Positions 11,110 to 23,720 of a stretch of DNA of 41,332 nucleotides are shown in pieces. The notes beneath the pieces were generated by a model, which worked only from the letters and a program-made list of their open reading frames with translations, made no database searches and was not told the DNA's origin. The stretch comes from Psammoneis japonica (Eukaryota), in assembly GCA_008632985.1 (NCBI GenBank), contig QPGO01000359.1, positions 1 through 41,332 of the forward strand. The letters are read 5' to 3'. The stretch's first letter is position 1. Each line of letters opens with the position of its first letter. A program made the position numbers and the translations under genes.

Positions 11110-13000
11110 TGTCTGCACGGGCTCAGCAAAGTTCTGTGGTGCTGGTGGGTGAGGCTCACTCTGCCAACTGGAGATGAAGAGGGCATGGAGGATGCTGAGC
11201 ACCTTGTTGCTGATCTCCACTCAGGCTTGATGGCTGATGAGCTTGGAGCAAGCACTGCCTTGGGGCCTTGGGGTCACAGACATTGTTGTCCTTGCCGTCC
11301 AGCATGTCAACAAACTCGTCACCTTCCCAGCAGCTTTGGCACCATGCACATTGGGGTGACCAGCAATTCCATGCTGGCAAAGAGTTGGGTGCTGACACAA
11401 CCAGCATCAATGGTCAATGGTGGGAGCATCCAAACAGGAGATGGTGTCAGAAGCCATGGGCTTGTTGCACTGGCGGAGGATTTTGAGAGCCGGCAGGCTC
11501 TTGGGCAGCTGGTGGTGTCATCCACATGCAACATGGTCCAGCCGTTGCCACCCTCCATCAGTGTGCTCACATGGGGAAAAGTTGCAAGACCACTCACTCT
11601 TGCCATCAGCTTGAGTGGTGCAACAAACACAATGTCAGTGATTGGTCTGTCATGGCACTCAATGGCTTTCAGCACATGGCGACCATTGATGGCCTTCTGC
11701 ACACACCAGCATCTGCACTTGATCACAAGCCAGCAGGAGACAATGAGAAGTGGTGCAGCAATGCTGTGTCTGACCTCCAGGATGACCCTGCCACCAACCT
11801 CTTTGATGAGTTCAGAAATTGTTGACACCAACATGATTTCATGAACAACGCCATGGTTGTGGAGCCCCTCCTTGAGGCTTGAGGATCACCTCCTGACATC
11901 TGCGCTGACTTCTTGTCTGTGAGTGTCATGAGGGCAACATCACACTCAAGGACCCTGGCTGTGATTCCCTCTGTCCTTGCTTTTGTTTCATTCTGATGAA
12001 CACTGTTTGCCATGCTTTTGACTGCACACAACACAGTGTGCCCACATGCCTGCCAGTGTCAATGTGACATGAACATCATTGCCAATGATGCCTCCATTGG
12101 TGCCATGATCAACCAGAGCACACCAGCGTGGGGGTCAAGCTGTGAGACATGAGGCAGAGCAAGAGCAAATGATGTTGTGGCCATTGACACAGTGACAAGG
12201 GTGGCCATCAATCTCCACATCATCAGATGCAGGGGGCAAAGTGGGAGAGTCCTTGAACTTGTTGCCAAAATGAACCTTGGAAAACTGGCTGGCTCAGAGA
12301 GGAAGATGATTCTGGACATCGCCGGGGAGCAGCAGCTTGCACTGCATGAGACATGATGCTGGGATGGGGTTGTCATCCATCATTTCAGCTGTGCTGCAAG
12401 GAACATCATCTGCAGAAGGTTTGGGAGCTGAAGCAGTGTCATGAGGCATGGCAGACAAGTTGACATTGCCATCACTCTCCAGGCAAAGGTGGTGAAGGTT
12501 GAGGGCCACTGAGCAGTGGCAGTTGCCAGCGCATGGGGGGGGGGGGGGCTGAGACTCAAGGATGATGGCCTTGGCAGATGGGGGAAGAGCACCCCAGATG
12601 TGCTGGTCACCCGGGGGGGATGTGACACCACCGGTCTGCCAAGAAGACTGGAGCCACAGGGGCATTGCACATCCATGGTGCAGGAGGCACAAGCTTGAGC
12701 AACATTGACATTGCTGTCAGCATCATCGTCACTGGCATCATTGGGAGCCAAGTTGTGGGTGCAGAGAGCATGACATGGGGCTTGGTGGGAGGCCACTTTG
12801 GGAGTGAAAGTGCTGTCATGCTGAGTTGCTGCAGAAAGCAGGAGGCCACAATGGAGCTCACAGGTGAGGCTGCAACCCCCCCCCCCTCACTTCCTGCATG
12901 TGATGCTGATCAGCTTGGTTCTTGACAGAGGAGCACAAAGCTCTTGCACAGCACGGGTTGTGTTCTCTGCAATGACACGTTTCTGTGGCCAGTGGAGTGT
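11110..13000 (-). mobile_element. Ty1/copia (CoDi-like) LTR retrotransposon gag-protease-integrase remnant
   Basis: Gag-like LLSAAAQHD. Protease ALVDHGTNGGIIGNDVHV (~12080-12120; cf. LxDRGANGG). Integrase PALKILRQCNKPMASDTI..DAPTID and KLISHQA*VEISNKVLSILHALFISSWQSEPH..QNFAE. Many frameshifts; no RT or LTR found. Confidence 0.8.
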
Positions 13001-13149
13001 GAAAAGACAAAGCAAGACAAAACCCAAAATTGGGTCACAACCAAGGCCTTTGTGATCAAAAAATGAGCAGCAGTGCACATGCTTGCACACCATCATTTTG
13101 CACTTTGGTGAGAACATTGCCAGCGCCAAAGAGCAAAGAAGCAGAGTGG

Positions 13150-14455
13150 TGCCCAGCTCTTCACACTGCTGTGATCTTTGACACATGGCTTGTGTGCAGA
13201 AGTCTCTGAACTGCAAGACATGGATTTAAAGTTGTTGGTGGGGCTGCACCACACTGCCTGTAAAGCAGTGTCAGCCACAGCTCTGTGTCCTGTGCTCTCT
13301 GCACACATGCTGTCTGCAGCAGCACACAAAACACAAAAAATGGCAAGACAAGAAGATTGTTCAAACTCTGGTGCCTCAGCCAAGTCTTCATCATTGCATG
13401 ATTGGTTGATTGCATGGCAGCAGTGAGCACAAATGTGCCATTGTGCAATCTTCAAAATGTGCATGTCTGCCATCTCTAAAAGGGTGAGAAGAGAGAGAGA
13501 GAGAGAGAGAGCAGAGCTGTGTTTTGTCTTTAGAGACAGCTGGCTGTGTCAGAGGGCAGAAATGCCAAGCATTGTTTTGCACTTGTTGTGCACGCAATGG
13601 CGCTGCTTTCTTCATTGTTGAAAAGTGAGCAGCAGACCAAAATTTTCTCTCTGAGCAACAGCACAGGACCCAATGGAGGTGCACACACAAAGCAGCTCTC
13701 TTCTCTGATAAAAAAACAGGACAGCTTCTTGACTTGAAGGTCTGTGGTGGCAGCAGGCAGCAAGGAGCCACCACTGCAGCCAAAGACAGTCAAAAGAAAA
13801 AAGGTTGTGAGCAGAGAAGCCCAACTTGTGCTGCCAGTGATGGAGCCAAGTCAGGAGCTGAGCCCAAATGCAACAGCTGCAAGCTGTCTCACACCATCTT
13901 CTGGTCCATGTCTCTCCCCAGCTGCTGGCTTGTTGCGCAAGAAAAGATTGACCTGGGATCTTGACAGCCTGATCTGGGTTGCAGCAGCATGTTTTTCACA
14001 ACTGATGCTGTTGCCACACCTTGTCATCATGTCAATGCACTGAAACTTTCTGCACCAAAAGTGAGTTCTTGCACACAATGGAGAGAGCCAAGTGTGAAAA
14101 AAGGAAGTGCACACCTCCTGAAATTGTCAGTGTGGCTGCTGCTGCTGCTGCTGTCTTGTCCAGCTCAACATCTGAGCCTGTGCTGATGAGACACGCACAT
14201 GGTTGATTTTGTCACAGGCAATTTTGAAAAAGTGAGCAAACAGCCTTTGGCATGCAGACATTCCACTCACTGCTTTTGGCTTGCTGCTTTGTTGCCCCCC
14301 CCCCCCCATTTGATGGACACGCAGCAAACATCATCATCATGTTGTCAGATTTGCACCCACATGGATGATCAAGATGATGGCTGGTCTCAGGATTTCTGTT
14401 TGTTTCTTTGAGGCAATGATGGACATTTTGAAATGTTCCGCCAAGTTTGTCTCTG
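13150..14455 (-). pseudogene. Copy 1 of a diverged ~1.3-kb duplicated pseudogene (unknown family)
   Basis: Colinear similarity with 15790-17130 (gctgtgatctttg; ttcaaaatgtgca+(GA)n; atcttgacagcct; catggttgattttgt; acattttgaaa..ttccgccaa). Shared peptide blocks KDHS, SER.FWSA.H, AHF.K.A and QAQM. Confidence 0.65.
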
Positions 14456-15789
14456 ATGTCAAGAGATGCAAGCTGTGATGTCAACTCATGCAGCCCAAAC
14501 AGCGTGCAAAACCAAAGTCCAGCAGACCATGCAAAGCAAGCCCAGAAAGCATGCTGGGCTGAGGGCTGAGTGACACAGTGGTTTTTCACACAAATCTTGC
14601 AAGGAGTGTGGTGGAAGAACATGATCCACAGGGAAAAAACATTGCTTCAATTGTCACCACACCAATGCAGACAGATCCTTGTGTTGCAAAAATGGTTGTT
14701 GACTCTCAACAACTTTGCGTTGGGCAGCTCACATTTCTCAATGTGTGCTGGCCCAAATGGAGGCTGGATGGCGGTGTGATCAAAGACACCCTCATTTTGA
14801 AAATGAAAGATCCCACAGCGGCATGTCAACTTTGTGCTGGTCAGCAAAAGATTGCAGAGATTGTGAAGGAGACCCTGTGTGTGAAATTGCTGGGGCGCTC
14901 ACCAAGACAAAGATGCTGAGCATGATGGCCAAACTCCAGGCCACCCAAGATTCAGCAGGGTTGATCATTCAACAACAACGGCCCTTGTGCGTCTCTCCCT
15001 TTGGAAGCAGTGCTTGTCCACCAGGAGTTGTTGGGTTGGATGCGGCCAAAAGCTGCAGCAGATTTGCTTGCAAAGCATTGCTCTCACAAAAGACTGGGAA
15101 AGAGCTGGGCAAAGCTCTTGCAGAACAAGACACTGGCACAGATGGGGGAGCAGAAGCTGTCATTTCTAGTGATGTGGCACCATGCCTGGCAAAGGGGTTG
15201 TTGAGTGAAAAAATTGAGTGCTGACAATGACAACAGCTGCACACGCAGGGTTCTGGAAGTGCTTGAGTCTTGCCTTCCCAACTTTGACATGCAAAGGGTC
15301 AGGATGCAGCAGCAGCTGTGCTTTTGTTGTTGGGGGGGGGGGGGGGGCAAGCCTTCCCAGATGTGCGTGTGCCATGTGGCTGCAGTGTGGCAAGCTGTGT
15401 CTGTTTTGCTGCATTGATGAAAAGGAGGAGCTGCCAGGTGGAAAGGAGTGCAAGCTGTGCACCCTGGAGAGCTTCAGAGGTGTCATGATGTTTGACACTG
15501 GTGAAGCCAGTTGAGCTGCCAGCAACCTTGATGAACAGAAAACACACAAAACACCCTGCAACAAAAGGCCAAAGTTGATGCCCATGGATGTGTTGCACCT
15601 TGAAGCATGTCACTCTGTGAAGATGCCAAGGCGGCAGCTTGTTTCTTGATTTTGAGTGAGATGACAAAGTCAAAGGGGTGGCGCATGTCCTCTGTTGTGC
15701 CATCATCCACCCTTCATGCATCTCAGCCCCCCAGCTTGCTCAGCTGAAAGCCATCAATGTGGACAAGCTGCATCTCTGACTGACTGAGT

Positions 15790-16108
15790 GCACGGCTGCA
15801 CATTGCTGTGATCTTTGGCATGCAGCAGCTTGTGCACAAAAGTCTTTGAAGAACAGGGCAGGAATTTCAAGTCATTTGTTGGAAGGATTGCACCATGCTG
15901 CCCTGGCAAAAAAAACATTGTCAGCTCACCTGTGTCCTGCTCTGGCAGCTGCACACACACACCACTGTCTGAAGCAGCACAAAAAGAAAGTGGTGAGACA
16001 AGACTGAAACTCTTTGCACTGGCAGGATGCACAACATCTCAGAGTGCACAAATTTGCTGCTGCGCAATTTTCAAAATGTGCAAATGTTCTCTCTTGAGTG
16101 GCAAGAGA

Positions 16109-16150
<42 letters not shown>

Positions 16151-17130
16151 CATTGTGTTTTGTGATCTTTGTGCCTGCTGGCGCTCCTCTGAGTCTGTTT
16201 CAGAGGAGGAAAGACCAAGCTTTTTCACATTTGTTGTGCATGCAGCCACACATGCAACTTGCTTCATTTTGTGAGCAAATGAGTGGCAGACCAGAATCCT
16301 CTCTCAGAACAATGGCGTTGTTGGGTCCAATGGCCACTGCACACAAAACAGAAAAAGTGGCTCTCTCTCTCTGAAAAGAGACAAAGCTTCTTGACTTTGT
16401 GAGCGTCAACAGCTGCACACACAGCAAGCAAAAGATGCTGCAGCAACAAAAGACAGTCAAGGATGAAAACAGTGCCATCAGAGAGCCCAGCTTGTGCAGC
16501 AGGTGACAAAGCAAAGGCAGCAGGAGCTGATGCCAGCTGCTCTGCCACATCTTTTCTTCTCCAGCCCTTTTCAACCTCAAAAGATGGTGGAGATTGTGCG
16601 CACCCTGCATGGCACAAGCTCAACAACAGGGGCAAAGGATCAGCGCCCAGAATCTTGACAGCCTTGTCTGCATTGCAGTGTGTTTCAACCACTGTCATTG
16701 TGCTGCAATGCTCTGCTGCATGAAACGGCAAAACATTTTCCACTCTCGTGCAAAAAAGAGGAGAGATGAGCTTGGGTTGGGGCAGGCCAGACTTGCACGA
16801 GGAAGCGCCAGCACGTTTTTAAAAAGTTCGTGAGCTGCTGTCTTGCCTGGTTGAACATCTGAGCTTGCACCAATGAGGTGTGCACATCATCATGAGGTGT
16901 GCACATCATCATGGTTGATTTTGTTGCAGGGGCAACTTTGAGAAAGTGTGCAAGAAAGTTGCCCTCCTTTGCACACCATGACAGAGAGGTCTCTCTTCTT
17001 TCTTCACTTCTTGCTGCTCTGCCGCTTGTTGTTGGTGGACGTGGATGATCGAGAGGATGATTGCTGTCATTGGGCTTTAGTTTGCTTTGAGGCGACAAAC
17101 ATTTTGAAAAGTTCCGCCAATTTCGTCTCT
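15790..17130 (-). pseudogene. Copy 2 of the diverged ~1.3-kb duplicated pseudogene
   Basis: As for copy 1; offset ~2.65 kb, with a (GA)n tract at the equivalent position (~16103-16150). Confidence 0.65.
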
Positions 17131-17358
17131 TATCTTTAGAATGAAAAATGCCAATCACCGCAATCGATGCGATCGATCGCGACAGCGATCACTTCTGCGG
17201 ACCAAATAGCACGCGAAACCAAATCTGATTTCTAATCGCGTGGACTTGCGACTTCGCGCAACTATCACAAAGATCCGCGAGCCGCACGACTTTCGCCGCC
17301 ATTACATTCCACCAACAGCACTGCTTGATTTGAAAACAACAAGGAAATCGTCGCAACC

Positions 17359-19409
17359 ATGGAGCAAGCTTATATGGAACAAGGCACCAGTGTCGACAAG
17401 GTATGTGGAAATCAAGATTGTTGGATATTGTCGTTGTGGCTGAAGCGATTTCGTCACGCGTTTTATGATGCGCGTGGTGAGAAAGCACGTGTTTTCTCCT
17501 CTGATTCGCTGTACTAGCGCAAGTTCATCTCAACGTACTCTTCTTTTTATTATTCAAATAGGGCGAAAACGCTCGTTTATCTAGTTTTGTCGGTGCCATT
17601 GCGATTGCCGACTTGGTCAAAACGACGCTGGGTCCCAAGGGCATGGATAAGATTTTGCAGTCTGTCAGTCCTCAATCCCAACAGGAAATCTCGGTCACCA
17701 ATGACGGCGCTACCATTTTGAAATCCGTCGTGATTGATAACGCGGCCGCCAAGATTTTGGTGGATATTGCCAAGGTACAAGACGATGAAGTTGGAGACGG
17801 AACCACCAGTGTCGCGGTACTTTGTGGGGAGTTGCTGTGAGTAGTAGATATATATACTGATTGTGTTTTGTGTTTTCTTCTGCAATGATTGATTGATTCT
17901 CTCACAATACTATATCTCCTACTGTACCTATTTGTAGTCGCGAAGCAGAGCAGTTGGTCGCACAGCGCATTCATCCGCAGACGATTGCGGCCGGTTGGCG
18001 TTTGGCTCGTGCTCATGCCCGCACGGCCCTGGAAGCCGCCGCGACGGACCATTCCAAGGACCCCTCCCAATTCCGTCAAGACTTGTTGCGCATTAGTGAA
18101 ACGACTCTTTCTTCCAAACTCTTGACGCACGACAAGAAACACTTTTCGGAATTGGCCGTCAATGCCGTGTTGCGTTTGCAGGGATCCAACAATTTGGATC
18201 ACGTGCAAGTCTTGAAAATTCCTGGAGGATCCCTGCGGGATTCCTATCTCGAGGATGGATTCTTGCTGAACAAGTCGATTGGTGTTGGACAGCCGCACAA
18301 GATGGAGAATGCCAAGATTCTCATTGCCAACACGAGTATGGATACGGATAAAATCAAAATTTATGGCAGTCGCGTCAAGGTGGATAGCATGAACAAGGTG
18401 GCTGAGATTGAACAGGCCGAAAAGGTGAGCAGAAGTTGTCCCTTGAGATAAGCGTATTGTGCCGCATAGTTCTAACAGTACTGACTCACACTCTCTCTAC
18501 GCAATATTCTCACTGTATATCTTTTTCCCAGGACAAGATGAAACAAAAGTGTGAGAAAATCATCAATCACGGATGCAACGTTTTCATCAATCGGCAGTTG
18601 ATTTACAATTTGCCCGAATCCATTTTTGCCGAACGGGGCGTCATGGCGATTGAACACGCCGACTTTGATGGGGTGGAGCGTATTGCGGCTGTAACGGGGG
18701 GAGAAGTTGCCAGTACCTTTGATCATCCCGAACTTGTCACGTTGGGTGAATGCAAAGTGATTGAAGAAGTAAGCGAACGGTCGTCGTTGTTGTCGTTTTT
18801 GTTTTGTGTGAGTTCTATAGAGTAGTTGTAACTCACTCCTAATTTTTTCATGTCAAAACTCAGGTCATGATTGGCGAAGACAAGGTCATTCGTTTCGGTG
18901 GTTGCAAATCAGGAGAAGCCTGTTCGATTGTGTTGCGCGGTTCCTCCTCTCACTTGTTGGACGAAGCCGAGCGCTCCCTCCACGACGCTCTGTGCATTTT
19001 GACCTCGACCGTCAAGGATCCACGCACTATCTACGGTGGTGGTTGTACGGAAATCATCATGGCTCAAGCCATTGATCGTGCCGTCGAGTCGATGCCCGGC
19101 AAAAAGGCCCTTGCCATGACGGCCTTTGCCAAGGCACTCCGCCAAATGGTGGCCATTGTGGCCGACAATGGCGGATACGATTCGGCGGAGCTTGTGACCC
19201 AACTCCGTGCGGCTCATGCGTCCGGAAAGAGCTCGTACGGACTCGACATGTACAATGGAACGATTGGAGACATGAAGGAGTTGGGAGTCATGGAGAGTTT
19301 CAAGTCGAAACTGCAAGTGCTGCTCAGTGCGTCCGAGGCGGCAGAGATGATTCTGAGGGTGGATGATATTATCAAGTGCGCTCCGAGGCAGAGAGAAGAA
19401 ATGTACTAA
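17359..19409 (+). CDS. CCT2: T-complex protein 1 subunit beta (chaperonin CCT-beta)
   Basis: Exons 17359-17400, 17562-17836, 17938-18424, 18532-18768, 18864-19409 with GT-AG introns. Motifs [85 protein letters not shown]. Confidence 0.97.
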
Positions 19410-19565
19410 GGTTGAAGGTGAAGTTTGGGAGTTCAAATATAGACGGTTGCTTCAAAAGCAATTATTGCGCTATAGTGTTGTGGGTTTAGTAGTAGTTGTC
19501 GACTGTTGCGATACTGTATAATATGCTTACAGCATACGCTGGTTTGTACTCGTATACTGTTTCTT

Positions 19566-20708
19566 TTAGCGATATTGTCGGTACAAATCTTGAAGTGAAT
19601 CTTTCTTTGTTGTGCCTTCATACAAATCCTGCAAGGCTTGGGCCTTGCTCGCTTCCTTAACACCGCCCACTTCGGCCGCTTCCTTTTCGGCTTGCTTAAC
19701 CTGCAGTGCCATTTGTTGTGCGTACTCTTGAAAGCTAACATAACCGTCTTGAACAGAGAGAATAGAAATGAATTAGTTGAATTGGAATCAAGACATGCGG
19801 TACGGTGCAATCGTTCTTACCTCCATCATGATCAAAGTCTTCAAACTTGGGATAGTCCTTCTCTTGCAGGCCGGGATAATTGCTCAGGTAGTTTTTGACA
19901 TACATGTTAAACTCTGCACGGCTGATCCTGTCGTCCCCGTCCAGATCTGGTTGTTTAAATTCTTCATAATCCCGTTGCAGGGCTTCCAACTCTGCCTTTT
20001 GTTCCGTCTGTTTGAGTGTTTCTTGAAGCTGTTCCACCGTATAAGTCAATTCCTGGTTTTGCTCCGTGAGCTTGTAAACATCATTGTAATACTGGGAATA
20101 CAGGGCCTTTTGCTCCTTTTGGAACTTGGCCTTTAGCTTTTTCAGGGCCCGTCCCGACTGAATCTTGCCACCCGCAAAATAGGCAGCTCCCGAACAAAGC
20201 AGTAATTTCCCCATGCCAACGCCGCTGAAATTGATGATATATGTTGGAGAAACAAAGAGAGAAAAAGCGAGTGTCAGCGACGTGATCTTCCCACGACGAA
20301 AGTGGCTACTTTCTTGTGCGTTCAAGAAGTTTAAGACTAGTTGCAGAAGTTCATTGACATCCTTAGTCACTGTTTCTTGGTCAAGTTGATGGTCGTGCCG
20401 ATGTTGTCATGACGCGTGGAAAGATCGCGTGCCGATAATCAATACGAAAAATGCTGGCTGCATTTACTATAAAAATCCAAAGATACATACGAAAATCAAA
20501 TTTCCTTGAATAAGAAAACATCATTTACGTACCCTCCGCCTTTCTTTTCTTGATGCTTTTCTGCATAATCGGCATAGAGATTATCCTGGGCGTATCCATC
20601 GGCATAATCTTGGTAATCTGGATAATCTGGAGCATTGTAGTCTTGTGCAGCAACCATTGCCGCCATGACTACAAGAGCCGTCACTCGCCGCCGATGAACA
20701 AGCATCAT
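19566..20708 (-). CDS. Secreted/membrane protein with coiled coil and two EF-hands
   Basis: Exons 20708-20533, 20224-19821, 19747-19566. Signal peptide, DY-rich segment, hydrophobic stretch, coiled coil, and EF-hands DLDGDDRISRAEF and DHDGDGYVSFQEY (the second spans an intron). Confidence 0.85.
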
Positions 20709-21228
20709 GGTGAATCGCACAAAGTGTGATGGATGAGCCGTGTTTTTGTTGTGTGTGATGGCAGAGCGAGTCGTCGTCCACGTGTAACTCCCGCTGGTAT
20801 ACATCTACGTAATTTCTACTTACGTGATTTTTGCGTAGGATCTTTCGCGCTATTCGCGCGACTTGAGGACACTTATCCCGCGGGAGTCAGTCGTCGTGAC
20901 CGCGCTCGAAATCCATCACAATCTTTGCGACGCCGCGTTGACAAAGACCTCTCTTGCCGTCCCGCAACCACAAAGCACCTGTTGGATACATTCCCAACGA
21001 CGCATCGACCTCTCTTTTATCGATACAATAGGTAAGCTATCGAGATTTTAGAAGTGGGCGTTGCCAAATCGAGTTTGCTTCGACCCGAACCGATTTTCCC
21101 GCCACGGCGCGTTTTGATGGCGTTGCGAATTGACTCTGTGGTTTGGAACTGACGCCTCTAAAACGCTCGAGAATACGCTCACTTTAATGATTTCTATTTG
21201 CTTTATTGTTTATAGTCATTCCGTCACC

Positions 21229-22138
21229 ATGGCCGCCCCCGCAAAGACGTCTCGTACCAAAAGGAGCTCTACTAGGAGCAACGCGCGTAACGCGAGTACT
21301 ACTGCCACTGCCGGCAAAACGAAACGCGCTCTCAAGGATGTAACCAACAAGAAGAGCAGCAAGGCTTCTACGTCGAACATTCCAAAACGTCGCAACAATA
21401 GGGCTTTACCGCTTCAGCGTGGCAAGAAGCAAGACGACGTTGGGTTTGATGTCTACGTAAGTCGTGGTACTGTCGCTATTACGTTGATTCATGGAACATG
21501 CCTCTCACTACTCTTTTCTTTTTTGTTTATAGATTCAAGAGAAAAAGGACAAGACCAAGACCTTGCATCCCGCCACTCTCAATGACAAAACGTCCAAGTA
21601 CTACTATACGCCAAAGGGTGAGACGAAACCCATTGTCTTTGATGGACGCAAGCATGTGCTTGTCAAGAAGGAGGCGAAACCTCTCGGTTCTTCCATCAAG
21701 GAGAAACTCGAGGCCTCCTTTGAGGAAAAGAGTCCCAACAAGTCCGACTTGACCGACTCGGAGGACGACGACTTGTCGGTCGAGGAAGAAGAACCCAAAG
21801 TCGCGAGCAAGAGCAAGACGACCGTGTACGAGGATACCGAAAGCGAATCCAGTTCAGACGAAGAGGACGACGAGGATTCTTCGGTTGATTTTAGCCCGGT
21901 CAAGCAGAGGACTGGTCGCAAGAAGAATACTACTCGCCGTGGTACGGCACGCAACGATACCAAGAAGAGTCCGCCCAAGCGCAAGCGTCCTGCTGCCGAG
22001 GTCCAAACCCAACCCAGTCCTGATTCTGCTTCGGACAGCGAAAGCAGCCTCGACGAGCCTCCCACGAAAAAGTTCAAGCGTTTCGATTTGGAAGAATCGA
22101 ACGGCGACTGGCGTGCCATGAGCGTCATTGACTATTGA
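21229..22138 (+). CDS. Hypothetical low-complexity nuclear protein (basic N-terminus, acidic/Ser-rich C-terminus, NLS-like motifs)
   Basis: Exons 21229-21456 and 21533-22138 (GTAAGT...TAG, in phase). Probable 5'UTR intron 21032-21215. PPKRKR and PPTKKFKR motifs. Confidence 0.75.
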
Positions 22139-22740
22139 AGTGCTTCCAGTTACTTCGAACGCTTCCAAGTGTCGAGCTTTTCAAATGGCTCTGTATAGAC
22201 ACACACGAACTGCTTTTGAGTTGTTTCTTGGAGAAACAATTCGATAAAGCCTTCATCTGGCGCATAGTTCACGTCGAATCGTTGGTGTGTCGAGCTCTTT
22301 CGTGGCTCTGTAGACACACAAAATGCTTTCTCTTCATTTTGTTTCTTGGAGAGACGATTCGAGAAAAGCCATTGTTTGACAAGTAGTCCATATCAAATCA
22401 TACTAGTAGCAAAACCTGTGAGTACGAATAGTAGCTTCTTTGACTAAACATGAAAAGGTTCAAGTTCTGCTCACAATTTCGATCCATGTGGTTTTGAAGC
22501 TTCAATTTTCGCCCAGAAAATGCGGTAACGATTGCTGAGATTCTAAATAGAAACGGACTAACTTCTCTCTAACATATCTTGTACTTTTTAGAGTTTCGAA
22601 GTCTGAAAGACATGCCACAGCTTGCGACCAAAGCGTCTTGGACACCTCAAACCACAAAGCTGCCGTCATCAATCTTAATCCACTTTCTCATACATGCACA
22701 CATAACCACACGGCTCAAAATCAAAAGCCTCACTTCTTGA

Positions 22741-22944
22741 TTACTTGTTGCAGTTAAAGATGCTGTCAAAAAAGTCGCCAATGTAGTCAAATGGCGTCTT
22801 GACGATGTTGGTCGTTGCGTCAACGGTATCCGAAGTAAAATCTGCCCCCGTCGAAAGTCCGTGCTTTCCCCAGTCAACCACCTGTTCCGTAACCTTTACC
22901 GGAAGATTCACCGTCTTGGCGGTTACGTCTTTGGCAGTGTCCAT
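22741..22944 (-). CDS. Small 67-aa hypothetical protein
   Basis: MDTAKDVTAKTVNLPVKV...FDYIGDFFDSIFNCNK; the ATG is in a caacATGG context after an A/C-rich leader. No family recognised. Confidence 0.45.
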   Translation of the reverse strand: MDTAKDVTAKTVNLPVKVTEQVVDWGKHGLSTGADFTSDTVDATTNIVKTPFDYIGDFFDSIFNCNK

Positions 22945-23299
22945 GTTGGTTGAGTTGGCTGTGGTTTGCTGTTTGCTATGGGTTGTTTTGCAGCGGTTTC
23001 GGGTTTCGACTCCCGCTCGCCGAAAAGGTGGCGCATGCTGCATGCAGCAAATTGAAAATGGTGGAGAGTTCGGCCAGGTATATTTTCTACCAGAAATTGG
23101 GGCAATTTTTTCATATCCGTGGCCGGTTAAAAGGAAAACGGAAAAAAGGAGGGGATTCAGGCGTTGAACGCACACAAAAAACAAATAGCGAGCGCGTTGA
23201 GCGCGAGAGGTGGGTTCCCTCTATCTAAATTGGCTCAATTTACTGTTTTTCACGCAACAAAAAGCGCATGCGAGCAGCACAATGATGAGTGCTGCCGGT

Positions 23300-23720
23300 G
23301 TTACCGTAGGCATGTTGATATCTCAATGAGTCTTTCACCAATTTTCACGTTTCTTGTTTCATTCTAAACGATAATTTTACAATCTTTCCGAAAGGCTTGG
23401 AACCATTGCGTGTCAATCAGAATTATGGATTTGTGGTTTGTCGAAAGTGTGCCAAAAAAATCGATTGCGCTATTCGAGACAGGTTAGTGCTATTACGATA
23501 TCTCAATGAATTTTTCACCGATTTACCCGTTTCTTGTTTCATTCATAACGATAATTGCACAATCTGTCTGAAGGGTTTGGTCCCATTGTGTGTCAATGAG
23601 ATTTATGGATTTCTCATTTCGTTGAAACCTCACAGAAATTTCAAAATCGAAAAAGCGCGCGCGAAGGAGACAGGTTAGTGCTATTTCGATTCTCAATCGC
23701 GTTTTCACCAATTTTCTCAC
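23300..23720. repeat. Diverged ~185-bp tandem repeat (~2.3 copies), possibly subterminal to the transposon block
   Basis: gatatctcaatga..ttcacc.attt..cgtttcttgtttcattc..aacgataatt at ~23318 and ~23498; gagacaggttagtgctatt at ~23476 and ~23667. Confidence 0.8.

Larger units (their letters stand above)
8150..17125. other. TpA- and CpG-depleted decayed domain B
   Basis: About 16 TA seen by eye in ~9 kb, and none seen from ~10290 to ~13220. CG is also rare and TG/CA are very abundant. Normal composition returns sharply at the CCT2 promoter. Confidence 0.9.

Noticed and set aside
8150..17125. Dozens of 60-330 aa ORFs (e.g. 10843-11844 +, 9878-10606 +) as real genes
   Set aside because: They arise from loss of TAA/TAG stops in TA-depleted DNA; many are antisense to recognisable pseudogenes.
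13150..17130. Paired LTRs of the copia remnant
   Set aside because: Both copies lie on one side of gag-pol, are highly diverged, share peptide-like blocks, and show no clear TG..CA ends, PBS or PPT.
23274..23295. gcagcac-N8-gtgctgc hairpin as Helitron 3' terminus
   Set aside because: No correctly placed CTRR end nearby, and a 7-bp stem can occur by chance.
23150..23300. tRNA/snRNA fragment as Dada target site
   Set aside because: Only a weak A-box-like tggctcaatt; no cloverleaf, B-box or U1/U6 sequence recognisable.
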